This document shows positions 23,301-34,528 of a stretch of DNA of 64,000 nt, piece by piece (within the stretch, counting starts at the first letter, position 1; each line of letters starts with the position of its first letter). Source of the DNA: Balanoglossus misakiensis (taxonomy: Eukaryota > Animalia > Hemichordata); assembly GCA_040954595.2 (NCBI GenBank), contig CM082588.2, positions 372,001-436,000 on the forward strand, written 5' to 3'. The notes beneath the pieces were generated by a model, which saw only the letters and a program-made list of their open reading frames with translations, made no database searches and was not told the DNA's origin. The position numbers were made by a program, and so were the translations under genes.

Positions 23301-26300
23301 TTTTAAAAATCAAAATCGGATATTGTGCGAACAATTGACGTGAAATGAATCACAATTGGACCATATAAATCTGATTTTATTTACTAGTAATGTTTTCTGT
23401 GAGTGTAATTTTAAATGTTTAACCAAATCTATATTTTACCTCTCAGAAATATCTAGAGCGGTTTGCATACAGTAATGCAAAGATGAACGATCTGTGGGAT
23501 GCATTGACAGAGGTGAGTAGTTGTCGTGTGTTTCATAGACTGGGTATAAAACATCTTGTATGCATTCTCCCAGACTGAAAGATTCTGTCCAGTGCGGGCG
23601 CTTTTCGGTGCCCACTTCCCGGCATCCTTTGTGTGGTGACGTCATGTGCGTCCTCAGGCCACCTGTTGTTTTTGCCAGAGAGCTCTCTCTCTGGCGTTTG
23701 CTGTCGTCGAGTGAAGACGTGTTTTCACGCTCGGCGGACTAAAAGACACCCAGAGCCGCTAGAAACTTTTCTACCAGAGATATTTGGTTATCAGACGAAC
23801 GAGTGTTTCTCCCGTTATCTTCCGTGTCTATTCAGTGGGCAGTGAGTCAGCAGAAAGTCGAAATTTTCGTGGCAGTCACCCTCAGGGCATGGTACTCCTT
23901 ACCAGGTCACCGGAGCGAATCGAGTAGCTCCACATGGTGATCAGAGTGCTGTCACGTTATCGACTTTGTTACTCAGGTTAATGTGCAAAGATGAGTTCGT
24001 CTTATAAGTCAGTTGTTGACAGGCCTATTTGAAACATTTGGAGAATAATTTTGTAAGACTTTATTAGAATTTCATATACAATTTTCTGTGGTGACGACCA
24101 TTTCTCTTGTCCTTCACAACAAAGATTCAGAAAAAAAGAACAATATTCACGACTCACTAATTTGCATATTGTATCGACAGCTGTTTGCTCCTACAAAATT
24201 AGTAGTGGTTTGATGCGGGCAGTCACTCTCAGGGCATCGTACTCCTTACCAGGTCACAGGAACGAATCAAGTAGCTCCACATGGTGATCAGAGTGCTGTT
24301 ACGTTCTCGACTTCATTACTTGAGTAAAGTGATTTGCAGTGAAGTGTTGGACTAGTGAATTTGAAACCAACGAGTTTAAAGAAGGGGGGGGGGTCACCAA
24401 GGATGATTTTTGCATTTTCGTGTCCTGGGAGGTTGGTTAGCAAGTCGCCTCTTTTCTCTGAAAAATCAAAGGAAAAAAATGTAAGGCTTCAAAATAGTGC
24501 ATTGTGGAACGGGGGGGGGGGGGGGGGCTGTACCATCTGTATTATATTTTACGTGTCTGGTCTTTGTGCAGTGCCGAGTCAACAAAAAGTCGAGATTTTC
24601 GTGGCAGTCACTCTCTGGGCATGGTACTCCTTACCAGGTCACCGGAGCGAATCGAGTAGCTCCACATGGTGATCAGAGTGCTGTTACGTTATCGACTTTG
24701 TTACTCAGGTTAATGTGCAAAGATGAGTTCGTCTTATAAGTCAGTTGTTGACAGGCCTATTTGAAACATTTGGAGAATAATTTTTGTAAGACTTTATTAG
24801 AATTTCATATACAATTTTCTGTGGTGACGATCATTTCTCTTGTCCTTCACAACAAAGATTCAGAAAACAATATTCACGACTCACTAATTTGCATATTGTA
24901 TCGACAGCTGTTTGCTCCTACAAAAACTTGTATGGGGGGGGGGGGGGGGTTGATTCGGGCAGTCACTTCGGGCAGTGCTGTTACGTTATCGACTTCATTA
25001 CTTAGGTAAACTGTTTTGCAGTGAAGTGTAAGAATAGTAAATTTGAAACCATGGGGCGAGGTTCACCATGGATGTTTTTTGCATTTTCGTGTCCTGGGAG
25101 GTTGGTTAGCAAGTCGCCTCTTTTCTCTTAAAAATCAAAGGAAAAAAATGTAAGGCTTCAAAATAGTGCATTGTGGGACGGGGGGGGGGGGGGGGGGCTG
25201 TACCATCTGTATTATATTTTACGTGTCTGGTCATTGTGCAGTGCCGAGTCAACAAAAAGTCGAAATTTTCGTGGCAGTTACTCTCTGGGCATGGTACTCC
25301 TTACCAGGTCACTGGAGCGAATCGAGTAGCTCCACATGGTGATCAGAGTGCTGTTACGTTATCGACTTTGTTACTTGGTTAAAGTGTTTTGCAGTGAAGT
25401 GTTAGACTAAATTAAAACCAGAGTATAAAAGGGAGGGGGGGGGGGGTCCACCAAGGATGATTTTTACGTATATGGGTCCTAGGAGGTTGGTTAGCCAACA
25501 TAGTCATTTTCACCAACCGTAAGTCACCCGTTTTTGCTAAAAATCAATGAAAACAAATGACTGTATAAAGCCTCAAAATGGCGCATTGTGGGTAAAGAGC
25601 GCCGCGTGTGACTGTTGTATCTTCAGACATGTTTTACCAAAGCAGCAGAAATCCTGAACCGACAATACAAAAGTAGTTTTGAAGTTGTTTTCATGTCACT
25701 TATAGATGGTGTCCTGCCGTTTTAACGTGTATGACGATAGGAACGGTTTCTCAATTGTCTGCGTTTTGTTTCCGTTGTCAGGCCACACGCGAGGATGACC
25801 TTGAACTCCCAGCTCCCATTGATGACATCATGAACACGTGGACTTTGCAGATGGGTTACCCTGTTGTCACTGTCACGCGAGATTACACGAGAAATGGCGT
25901 CATCACTTTCTCTTGTGAGCAACGCCAATTTCTGATTGATCCCTTGGCTGATTTGCAAGACGAGTAAGTCTTGTTCTTAACATCAACAACACCAGCAATA
26001 AAAAACCTGTCATATAACACTTTCGATGACAACTCGTAGATAAAAATGAAACATTCCTGTGATTTTTAAACGCACAAGGCTTTTGATTGGACGTGTACTC
26101 ATAATACGTCACATAGTTGTGGTGGCGTTTGAAATTTCTTTCGTTTTTATCCTGGTAGGCGAACGTGGTACATACCACTGACGTTTACAGATGGATCTGA
26201 TCCCAGTTTTGCCGAAGAGGACTTAAGGCAAATATGGTTGGAAAGAGGCTCAGGCAGGTTTTATTGCACATGACTCTCTCTCTCATGTTAGATACTAGTG

Positions 26301-28923
26301 TTTCTATGCGTGTATGCGGTTTTTAAGTGTATATATTTTGCGCATACAGACAATCCATTCAATGCCGTTTTTCTTTTTGGTAATAATCAGTGCTCGAAAA
26401 AAAGATGTTACTTTAATAAGACAATAGAATTTGGGTGGGGTTCCAGTTCATGATGATGATACTGATGATTTGAAGTCATTGTCTACACTCTTGTGGGTTT
26501 ACTGTCTATTTTACAAATTGTATTTTAGTGAGTATGGATGACGATACCTCACTGTCCGGGGGGAATGAAAACTGGTTGTTGGCCAATATCAACCAAACTG
26601 GCTATTTCATCGTCAACTATGACGAAACCAATTGGGATCTTTTAAAGCGGCAGTTAATTGAACAATATGAGGTAAGACTCATAACTGCCTGTTGTTATTA
26701 AAATAGCTTTTCATGTCGTTTGTTCATATTACGATGACTAAAGTACATATAACAGGTGTACATTATCGATTGGTTGGTGGATGGAGAGGGGGGGGGGGTT
26801 AGAGGGGGGAGACATCTTATTTAACCTGTTATTCTTCTCAGGTTATACCTTCTGCCAGTCGTGCGGCACTTCTCAATGACATCTTCAGTCTAGCTAGGGG
26901 AGAACACATCTCTACTGTGTCTACTTTGGAGTTAAGTCGCTATCTGAGACATGAGCGTGACTACGTGCCTTGGGTGGCAGCAAGCAGGGCGTTTGATTAT
27001 ATGGAAAGTATGCTTCGTACATCCGCGGCTTTCGGTGCATTCCAGGTAGAGTCATAGTCGCCATGATATTTTTAGCACAATTCAATATTAAAGGTACACA
27101 GTCGTTGTTTACATATGCCCATATATGGTCAAAAGGGCACGTCTTGAATAATGTAATGCTGTCATCAGACGGCCATTACCGATCAGTTGTCTCAATTAAT
27201 AATTATACTCGATTACAATCCCAGTCTTATGAAAAATATTTTATTCCATTTTACAAGGAATATGTATTAAATCTTGTAACGCCGTTCTATGAAAGTCTTG
27301 GTTGGGATGATTCGGATTCTGATGACTTGGAAAGGTAAATCATGTCTACTTGTTTTGATATTTGTTTGATTAAATTAACATAGTCACTAAAAATATTCCT
27401 CTAAAAGTGGCCACTGTGAAATCGAAATGGGAATCTCTGTTCCAACTGTTGATTGGCTGACAGGAGAGCAGGTGCTCCATGATTGGTCCAGTTTTACAAC
27501 AGGTGTTGTTGGCTGTTGTAAGCCGGGAAATGCAATGGTGTTGTGCAATCGTTCAGACATTGATCTCAGGCCTACTGTCCTTGTCTTATTAATACTGGAA
27601 TGTTTGTGTTTTAACTTCAGTATCTCCAGAACCTTAGCACTGAACGTGGCCTGTAGCAATGGCCACCAAGGCTGTATACGGGAGGCAGTTAGATTATTCG
27701 AAGAATGGATGTCTGACAGCCGTAATAACCCGTAAGTTAAATTGGTAGAAACCAATTCTATCATTTAAATATGTAGTAATTATACACATGTAGTCAGTCA
27801 GTCAGTCATATTAGCTGACTTAGTTTCTGATCGACCTTTTCAGGATCTCACCCAATGTCAGGGACGTTGTATACTGTGTCGCCATTGGTCATGGCAATAA
27901 ACGTCACTGGGAATTTGCTTGGAATCAATACAAGGCCACTCAAGTCAGTAGTGAAAAGTCATTATTGATGGGTGCGATGACTTGCAGTCGAGAGCCTTGG
28001 ATACTTAGTAGGTGAGGAATATCAATACATTGACTGGTTTTAAAGAAATACAATGTCTGATCAGATGCATAATCAATTGCATGAATTGAATGTCGAGGGA
28101 GCTGGGTTGTTTCTTTGTTTGAAGTTATTTGAGAACTTAGACTATGGTTCGTAACGAGAAAGATAAACGTTTTCATCGGTTGCAACTTTTACCGCAGGTA
28201 TCTTGGATTATGTTTGCAACCAGAAGAAATTAGTCGGCAACATGCCACTTGGATCATTGCAGAGATTGCCGCCAACTCCATAGGAGAGTCACTGGCATGG
28301 GACTTCTTTCGGTCAAACTGGGACTACTTTTTCGCCACGTAAGATTATTACATTGAAACGATAGGCAAGGCTTTGCACACCAACTTTGATAGCAATGCGC
28401 TGATCGCTTGTTGTGTGGACACATACAGTCTTGTTCGAACTGGACCTTGATTGCATCTTACAACTACTTTGCATAAAATGCATATCATTTGACACCTTCG
28501 GACCCTCTCCCCAACAGATATGGAACCAATATGTTCTCTTTTCCTGATCTGGTCAATGGAGTTACTGGTGCATTCTCCAGTGAACTGAGACTGAATGAGG
28601 TAAAGAAATGTTTCCTCGGCGCTTTAACCTTCGGTTTCTTTATTTACGTCATACTCTTATAGTTCAGACAAACAATCGATTGATTTCCCATATTGCGGTC
28701 TGTCAGTCGCCATCCAAACTCTCCAGAGTTGCTCAGTTTCGATGTATCCTGTTTGTTTCAGCTTGAGGACTTTATAGCAGAACATGACAACCTTGGAACA
28801 GCCGCCAAAGCGTTCCACCAAGCAGTGGAGAAAACAAAAGCCAACATCAGATGGAAAGAAACAAATGTCGACAACATACAGGCCTGGCTTGACAATGAAT
28901 ATTACACACCACTTCACGTGTAA
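20310..28923 (+). CDS. Type II membrane M1 zinc aminopeptidase (APN/TRHDE-like), 18 exons
   Basis: Exons 20310-20908, 21159-21432, 21885-22005, 22186-22340, 22500-22613, 22760-22894, 23120-23185, 23447-23512, 25782-25963, 26159-26253, 26529-26671, 26842-27045, 27258-27334, 27621-27731, 27844-28011, 28198-28338, 28518-28599, 28762-28923. Signal anchor, [25 protein letters not shown]...[21 protein letters not shown] and an ERAP1-like C-terminal domain. Confidence 0.95.
23840..25590. repeat. Tandem array of ~2.5 units (periods ~732 and ~670 bp) in aminopeptidase intron 8; the two full units each hold a 131-nt fold-back element plus a degenerate half copy
   Basis: Near-identical copies of GAGTCAACAAAAAGTCGA...TCGACTTTGTTACTC at 23844-23974, 24576-24706 and 25246-25376. 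Partial copies at ~24217-24322 and ~24955-25005. Spacers and poly-G runs are shared between units. Confidence 0.9.
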
Positions 28924-29424
28924 CTCTTTCGTTTTTTAACTCCTCGAGAATCTTAGTTTGTGTGGAAGTGGTCCCTTAATTCTTAATTTTACAAGTCTTT
29001 GGAGGTTGTGAAGATTGACGCTAGGTCACAAAGTCTACAGGGACAAATAAATGAGGAGAAAATGAAAATATGCATCGTGCTACATTAATCACAGGGTTAT
29101 TCCATGTGCAAGTATCCGATCGCAGCTTTGTAGAGTATTCTGTGGTAAATGTCTGTTCACTGTATATGACATGTGCAGCAAACAAAAAAACATCATTAAT
29201 TGTATAGATTGAAGTAAAATATCATAGAAAATACTTATTTTGCTTGTACCCCATTTCATGTCGACTTTATTGAAACATCTATTTGTTTTGTATGACTGAA
29301 TGGCGGGTATCGAAATACATTAATTACTAGTGTAAAATTCTGTGGCGAGCTGCAAATGATGTCTTGTAAGACAAATAAAGTTGTCAAAATGTGCTTTCAC
29401 GTTGATTCGTTTCCCTGTACCAGT

Positions 29425-32400
29425 TCATAAAAGCCTGTCATGAATGTAGGAGACAATGTCACATCGAGTCATTTCCGGATCTTCCAGGAATTCTAGGAGG
29501 TTTCCAACAATGGCGTCTGGACTGGTTCCCCAATCTTTCAAGAGGGCGTCGCAAGGGTTGCTTTCCATTGATAGCAAGTTCACTTCGAGTGCAGTCTTGC
29601 CCATGACAGCTTGGAGAAAATATTAATAGATCTATTTAGTTGATGTGTCAAACATGTCAATTAACCATGAAATCGCAGACAATGAATAGTGCAAAAAACA
29701 TCAAGAAAACAAATAACTTGTCACCTACCAGCTAAACCCGTCCAGTCAGTACCCAATGTCTGTCTGACGTTGAGGGCGGTGCAGATATAACGATATAAAT
29801 CATGTGGTAGGTTCATGACATGCGTGTTCATCCTAACCGAACGCGAGGTAGTCCGTTTGCTCCCACTTTCTGGTGTCATTTCTTGATACGCCTATGGATT
29901 GAAAGGAAACACTGATTCTGTAAAAGGCATTCAACAAGCAGAAACCGTGCGACTGCATAGAAATGATGGGCAGCGTCGACGCTGTTCTTGCACTGGCCTG
30001 TGATTCTTATGATATCTTCTGGACAAAATCACCTGTAATTTACATATGCCTATATATGGTCAAGGAGCCTGTCTAAACTTTTTATCGTGTGGCCACCCAC
30101 TGGAAATGTGGTTGGCTAGATGTCAATTTTACATGGTCAATGTGGCTAAAGTTTCACAGATGACCGGGCACCTTTGGCCAATTTTAACACCGAAAGCTCT
30201 TTGTACAGGGAAATAAAGTAGTCCTTGCCAATTCAGTTCTGTTCTAGTTCATCATTTTCTTCAAGAATGAAATACTGCCGATGGGTCTTACCTTTCCATC
30301 TCGAACCTGCACCCGTCTACCGTTACACCAAAATGTCAATGAACCCAGACTTTCGAGGTCGACTTTGCTACCTGTTGAAAACATCTTGAGAACATGGAAG
30401 TTGTTTTTCTGTGGAAAAGTAAACAGAAAAAGGGTATGATGATATCGGCCATGTATAAAATTCTATTTAAGAACCTTGATGATTTCGGGGTTTCTGTGCA
30501 GTCTATCACTACTGATACTGGACGGAAAGTGGTACATACCGTGTCTCGATTTATCTTGGGAATGTCGTGAGGTGTCTGACATGGACACTTTGGACCCATG
30601 GTATACAGACACTTCTCAAAATCTCGTTTTATAATCCTGTGTATTCTTTCTTGTAGGATACACGCGACCTTCATGGGTTTTTGGCGGGGTGTTGATCTTA
30701 TCACGATCTCGAAAGCGTTCTCTTCTTTCAAGAGCCTTAGTTTATAAATAATGTCATCACTGAAGTGAAAACTCCCGAAATCGCTGAACATGTTGGCATT
30801 GAAGTCGCCGTTTCCTGCTCCAAATCTGTGATCGTGTCGAAGACACTGACACAGAAGTCGCAGGAAAACGGCTCCCGGATGAAACAAACCGAAGTTGACG
30901 AATAGAACCACATCGTTAGGGTTGGACTCCCACTCACAGAGATGCTCGTTTTGGTTGAATGATGGCAATAGTTTCGGAATGGCATAAAGTGTTTCCACTT
31001 CTCTCTTGTCGTCTGCTTCCTCCTCGTGAAGCACAGTTTTGACCATATCATGATCTTGGCAGCGATTCATAGCTATTTTGCATATGAGGTCATTTGACTC
31101 GAGCACTTCGAGAACCAACTTCACAACCAGTCCCCCTGTATCACATTCAACAGAACTGCTCTGAGATTGGACAGCACTCTTAATCACGTGACCCAGGAGT
31201 TCCTGGCGACAAATGCCGGTCTCTTTTAGTTCGTGCCATTGGTCTTTGTAACCGTACTCTTGATTGGCCACTGGAGGGATACTGACGATGGCAGCCATGA
31301 CATCCACAAGGAATTGCGGCGCAAACACTATCACCTGCTCCAGCGTATCGTCATTCCCTTGATAAATAATCTCCCCTATGTTCTGGAAAAAGGCCAACAT
31401 TTCTTTGAACTCACTTTGAGACCTTATTTTGTACTGGGAATCCCCAAGAACAAGTTCTAAGAAATGATTGTAGCGTCCGATAAAGACACCCTGTTGGCGT
31501 TGAGCTCGTATCTCATTCAGAAACGCCCAGAATTTGATTGGCCATTCTTTCTTCATGTATTCCGCGTTCCGAGCCCGACTCCAAACTTCATGACGAAGTT
31601 TGCCGAGGTCTTTGTCGGCTTTAGACCTGTCGACCGAATTTTCAACTTGGAATAAGGCTGAGTCTCCGTCATCGTTCCACACGACAATATTGTGGTACTT
31701 TCGTGGAAGACGTTCCGTGACTATCTTGGCCACATTTGCTCGTTCATTCGGACAAACAGAGTCCCTGTGTGTGCCAACGATGAAGATGGAAGCATTCGGG
31801 TGTTCGGCGTGGCTGTCGATTGAGTTGAGCCAATAAAGAATAGTTTTGAAGGTGGCGTCTATGTCTGCCACTGCCTCTTGCAAATTGAAGACTATAATAT
31901 AAATAGACTGACTGTACATAAATATATGATGCGCAAAATGATACAGCGGGTGTCCGGCAAAATCCCGGATAGTAAGTTCTGTTCTTTTCCTGGGCATTAC
32001 ATGAGCTTTGATCACGTGACTTGACTTTGCAGTCTCGGTTGGTCTTTTCATAGACGTCCTTCCGGAACTGTAAAATATGTGCAGCAATTCCACCATGACA
32101 ATAAATAAAATAGCGAAGACGTACTGCAGTCTGTTGGCGGCGCTAGGCCATCCCCATCCGCACAACAGTGCTAGTAGTAAACCAGACGGGATGCCAGCCG
32201 TGTAGGTGAAGAACCGCCATCCCTGTTTGCCGAATTTCGCTTTTATTTTACCAAACACACTGACGTAGAGCTGTCTGCCCACAGATAGTCCGTTGCCATG
32301 GGTAATCCCTAAACCCAGTCCGAGTATAAAGGTATACAACCACGTCCTGCTTGAAGTGTACTCGTGGATGATCGCAATGACTGGCACGATAAAATAAGAA

Positions 32401-33284
32401 TGAAAACCTGTTTCCTTGTGGCTTCCTAACCCAACAAGTGTGCCAATCATAAAGAGAAAGATGTGTTTAATGCCTTCGTCGCAAAGGAAAGTGAACTCGT
32501 CCACATCCAACGACGGAGGAATCATAACACAGAGTGATATAGCCATTCCTGTTCCAAGGGATGCACCGAACGACACTCCAATAAAACTATCAGTCACGGC
32601 TCCTATGAGAAAACTGGCCACCAAGGCTATGAGGGCGCCATAGTTCTCCGACAGGTTGGCCATGGATTCATGAATCCGCCAACGGATCACGGCGTCTGAT
32701 AGGACGGCCAGTGCGTAGATGCCGATTGCGATTCCAAATCCGTCTCGAACACCAAACTCCAAGGCTGCAATGCCGAATGTACCGATCAGGAGAAATGCGA
32801 ACCAGGGAAACAGCGCTGTCAGACCATACTTCATACCGACGTAGTAAAGCACCATTTTGGTTGACGTTATGAAAAATATTTTAATCATTGTCTTGGCATA
32901 ATGAAATGCCTTCTTGTGTGTTTTGGAGAGCGCTTTGGGTGCCAGGATCCGGAGCGTGTGTTCGCCAACCGCCTCTTCAAACTCATTAGTGCCCATGTTA
33001 TCAATCACTTCCCAAACATCATTAACGCAGTTTGCATCTACTAGATCGTGATCAATCCCTACCGTGCTGACCTCATTAGGGTCAAAGTTTTGCCGACTCA
33101 GAGCTTTGCGCAGACTCGTCTTTCCTTGTCGCTCTTTCCCGACGATGTTGACGATACTCCGATGGCATTGTTCTTTTCCAGTTTCTATTGCTTGATTCTG
33201 TGCCTTGAGTCCTTCGGGTCCCGCTACATAACCGGTGCCTGGTGTCAGACCCATTTCATAAATAGCTCTGCTTTCTTCAGCCAT
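29425..33284 (-). CDS. Roco-family protein: Roc GTPase (with multipass TM insert) - COR - death domain, ~1069 aa, 4 coding exons
   Basis: Exons 30540-33284, 30292-30408, 29729-29891, 29425-29609 splice in frame with GT-AG junctions. G1 GKERQGKTS, G2 STVGID, G3 DFAGH, YIIVFNL, YWLNSI, G4 IVGTHRD, G5 VEN. COR: WPIKF...FFQNIGEIIY...PQFLVDVM...YAIPKLL...FLRLLC. Death domain: LYRYICTALNV...DWTGLAAVMG...NPCDALLKDW...IVGNLLEFLE...RCDIV. The tail of the 982-aa ORF after residue 915 is intron read-through. Confidence 0.9.
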
Positions 33285-34446
33285 TTTGGTGTTAACACTT
33301 CATCGTCAAGAACCACTGATGCACATACTGTGTGTTCTGAAATAAATCAAAATGTGATTTTCCGCTCAGTGTGAGATCCCGTGACGGTGACTCGGTTAGC
33401 AACAGGTTTCTAACTAAGTAATGAAAGTCAAGCTTCCTGGGGTTTGTCTGTGAATTCTTCAGTTTTGATCTTTTCGAACTTTTGTCGTCGAGACCATAAA
33501 CTTGGATCCTGGTCGTGAGTCTCAGTGATCCGGATGTGTCCAAGTCACCCAGTTCACCGATTTATTTGGCGTTTCCTGATCACTTTCTTGCCTTTCTCGC
33601 CGTTATTGAACCATGCATAATACACTAAGGCAACAGGTCAAGGTAGCCTGTATATGTGAAGTGACCAATTTCATTGTTGACAAATGAATTGGTGTCTGGC
33701 CGCTGTCTGTTCACTGTATCACTGGCTCTGTCAAACTTCATAATGGTATCTCGTCATAAAGACAACAAGAAACTTCATTTGATCGCAGGTCACGGCAATT
33801 GCAGCATTAATTGACTACTTAAAATGTGTCAACTTCAAGTGTTTTGCACGATAGTTCGACACCATAGAGAAAATCGTATATATAATCGCCAGACCATAAC
33901 ATATGAGGTGAACGTCGTTGCTATGTACTGACTTCGACTTTTAACACTGGATAAACAAAGACACGACAAGTGAGTAATAAATGTTCTGATTGAATTACAA
34001 ACTTAGCAGTCGGGCAAATATGGTACAAAAACAGGGGAAATATGCGTCATCTTGATATGACAGGTTAATAATAAATAAGGAAGTCCAAAGTTCCGTTACT
34101 ATCCGATGTAATGTTTACGCCTTATTACGTCACGTTATGTGTACGCAATAAAATGCGATTTTCGACGAAATTTGATAAATTCGGTAATCGCCTTCAGTTC
34201 GCAAATAAGATTATGGTTTTCTTTAGAAATTTTGGATCTGTGTATGTTGTCTCGCAAGGCCGTTTGTGCATGGATAGTGAAAAGTAAGCCCACTGAGTTC
34301 TACGGAAAGTATGAGTCACGGATGGGGTGTTCCCATGTTACCACTACAGAGTATATCATTACGCCCCCCCCCCCCCTCACCACTTCCACCAACAAGCACT
34401 CATTCATAACAGATTTTGTCAGTAAGCCTAGTTCATATTTCACGAG

Positions 34447-34528
34447 TGAATGACCGACTGACTGACTGACTGACTGACTGGATGAATGAATGAATGGATG
34501 GATGGATGGATGAACGAACGAATGAATG
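34447..34528. repeat. Compound tetranucleotide microsatellite (GACT)n(GAAT)n(GGAT)n(GAAC)n
   Basis: Directly visible in the sequence. Confidence 0.9.

Noticed and set aside
23540-24000. Telomerase RNA, 7SK, RNase P/MRP or H/ACA snoRNA identity for the structured intronic region
   Set aside because: No CUAACCCU template, no complete P4 pair and no convincing H/ACA two-hairpin layout.
24576-24706. Hammerhead or HDV-like ribozyme reading of the repeated three-way junction
   Set aside because: The minus strand has CUGAUCA rather than CUGANGA and no GAAA at the stem II/III junction. GCGAAU on the plus strand resembles HDV J4/2, but I could not build P1/P3/L3. Not supportable by eye.
23844-25376. 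CRISPR-like array
   Set aside because: Eukaryotic intron; repeats exceed 100 nt and the spacers are themselves duplicated rather than unique; no cas genes.
30336-30539. C-terminal 67 aa of the 982-aa ORF
   Set aside because: Read-through of intron 30409-30539. The donor ACG|GTATGT and the downstream exons give the in-frame death domain instead.
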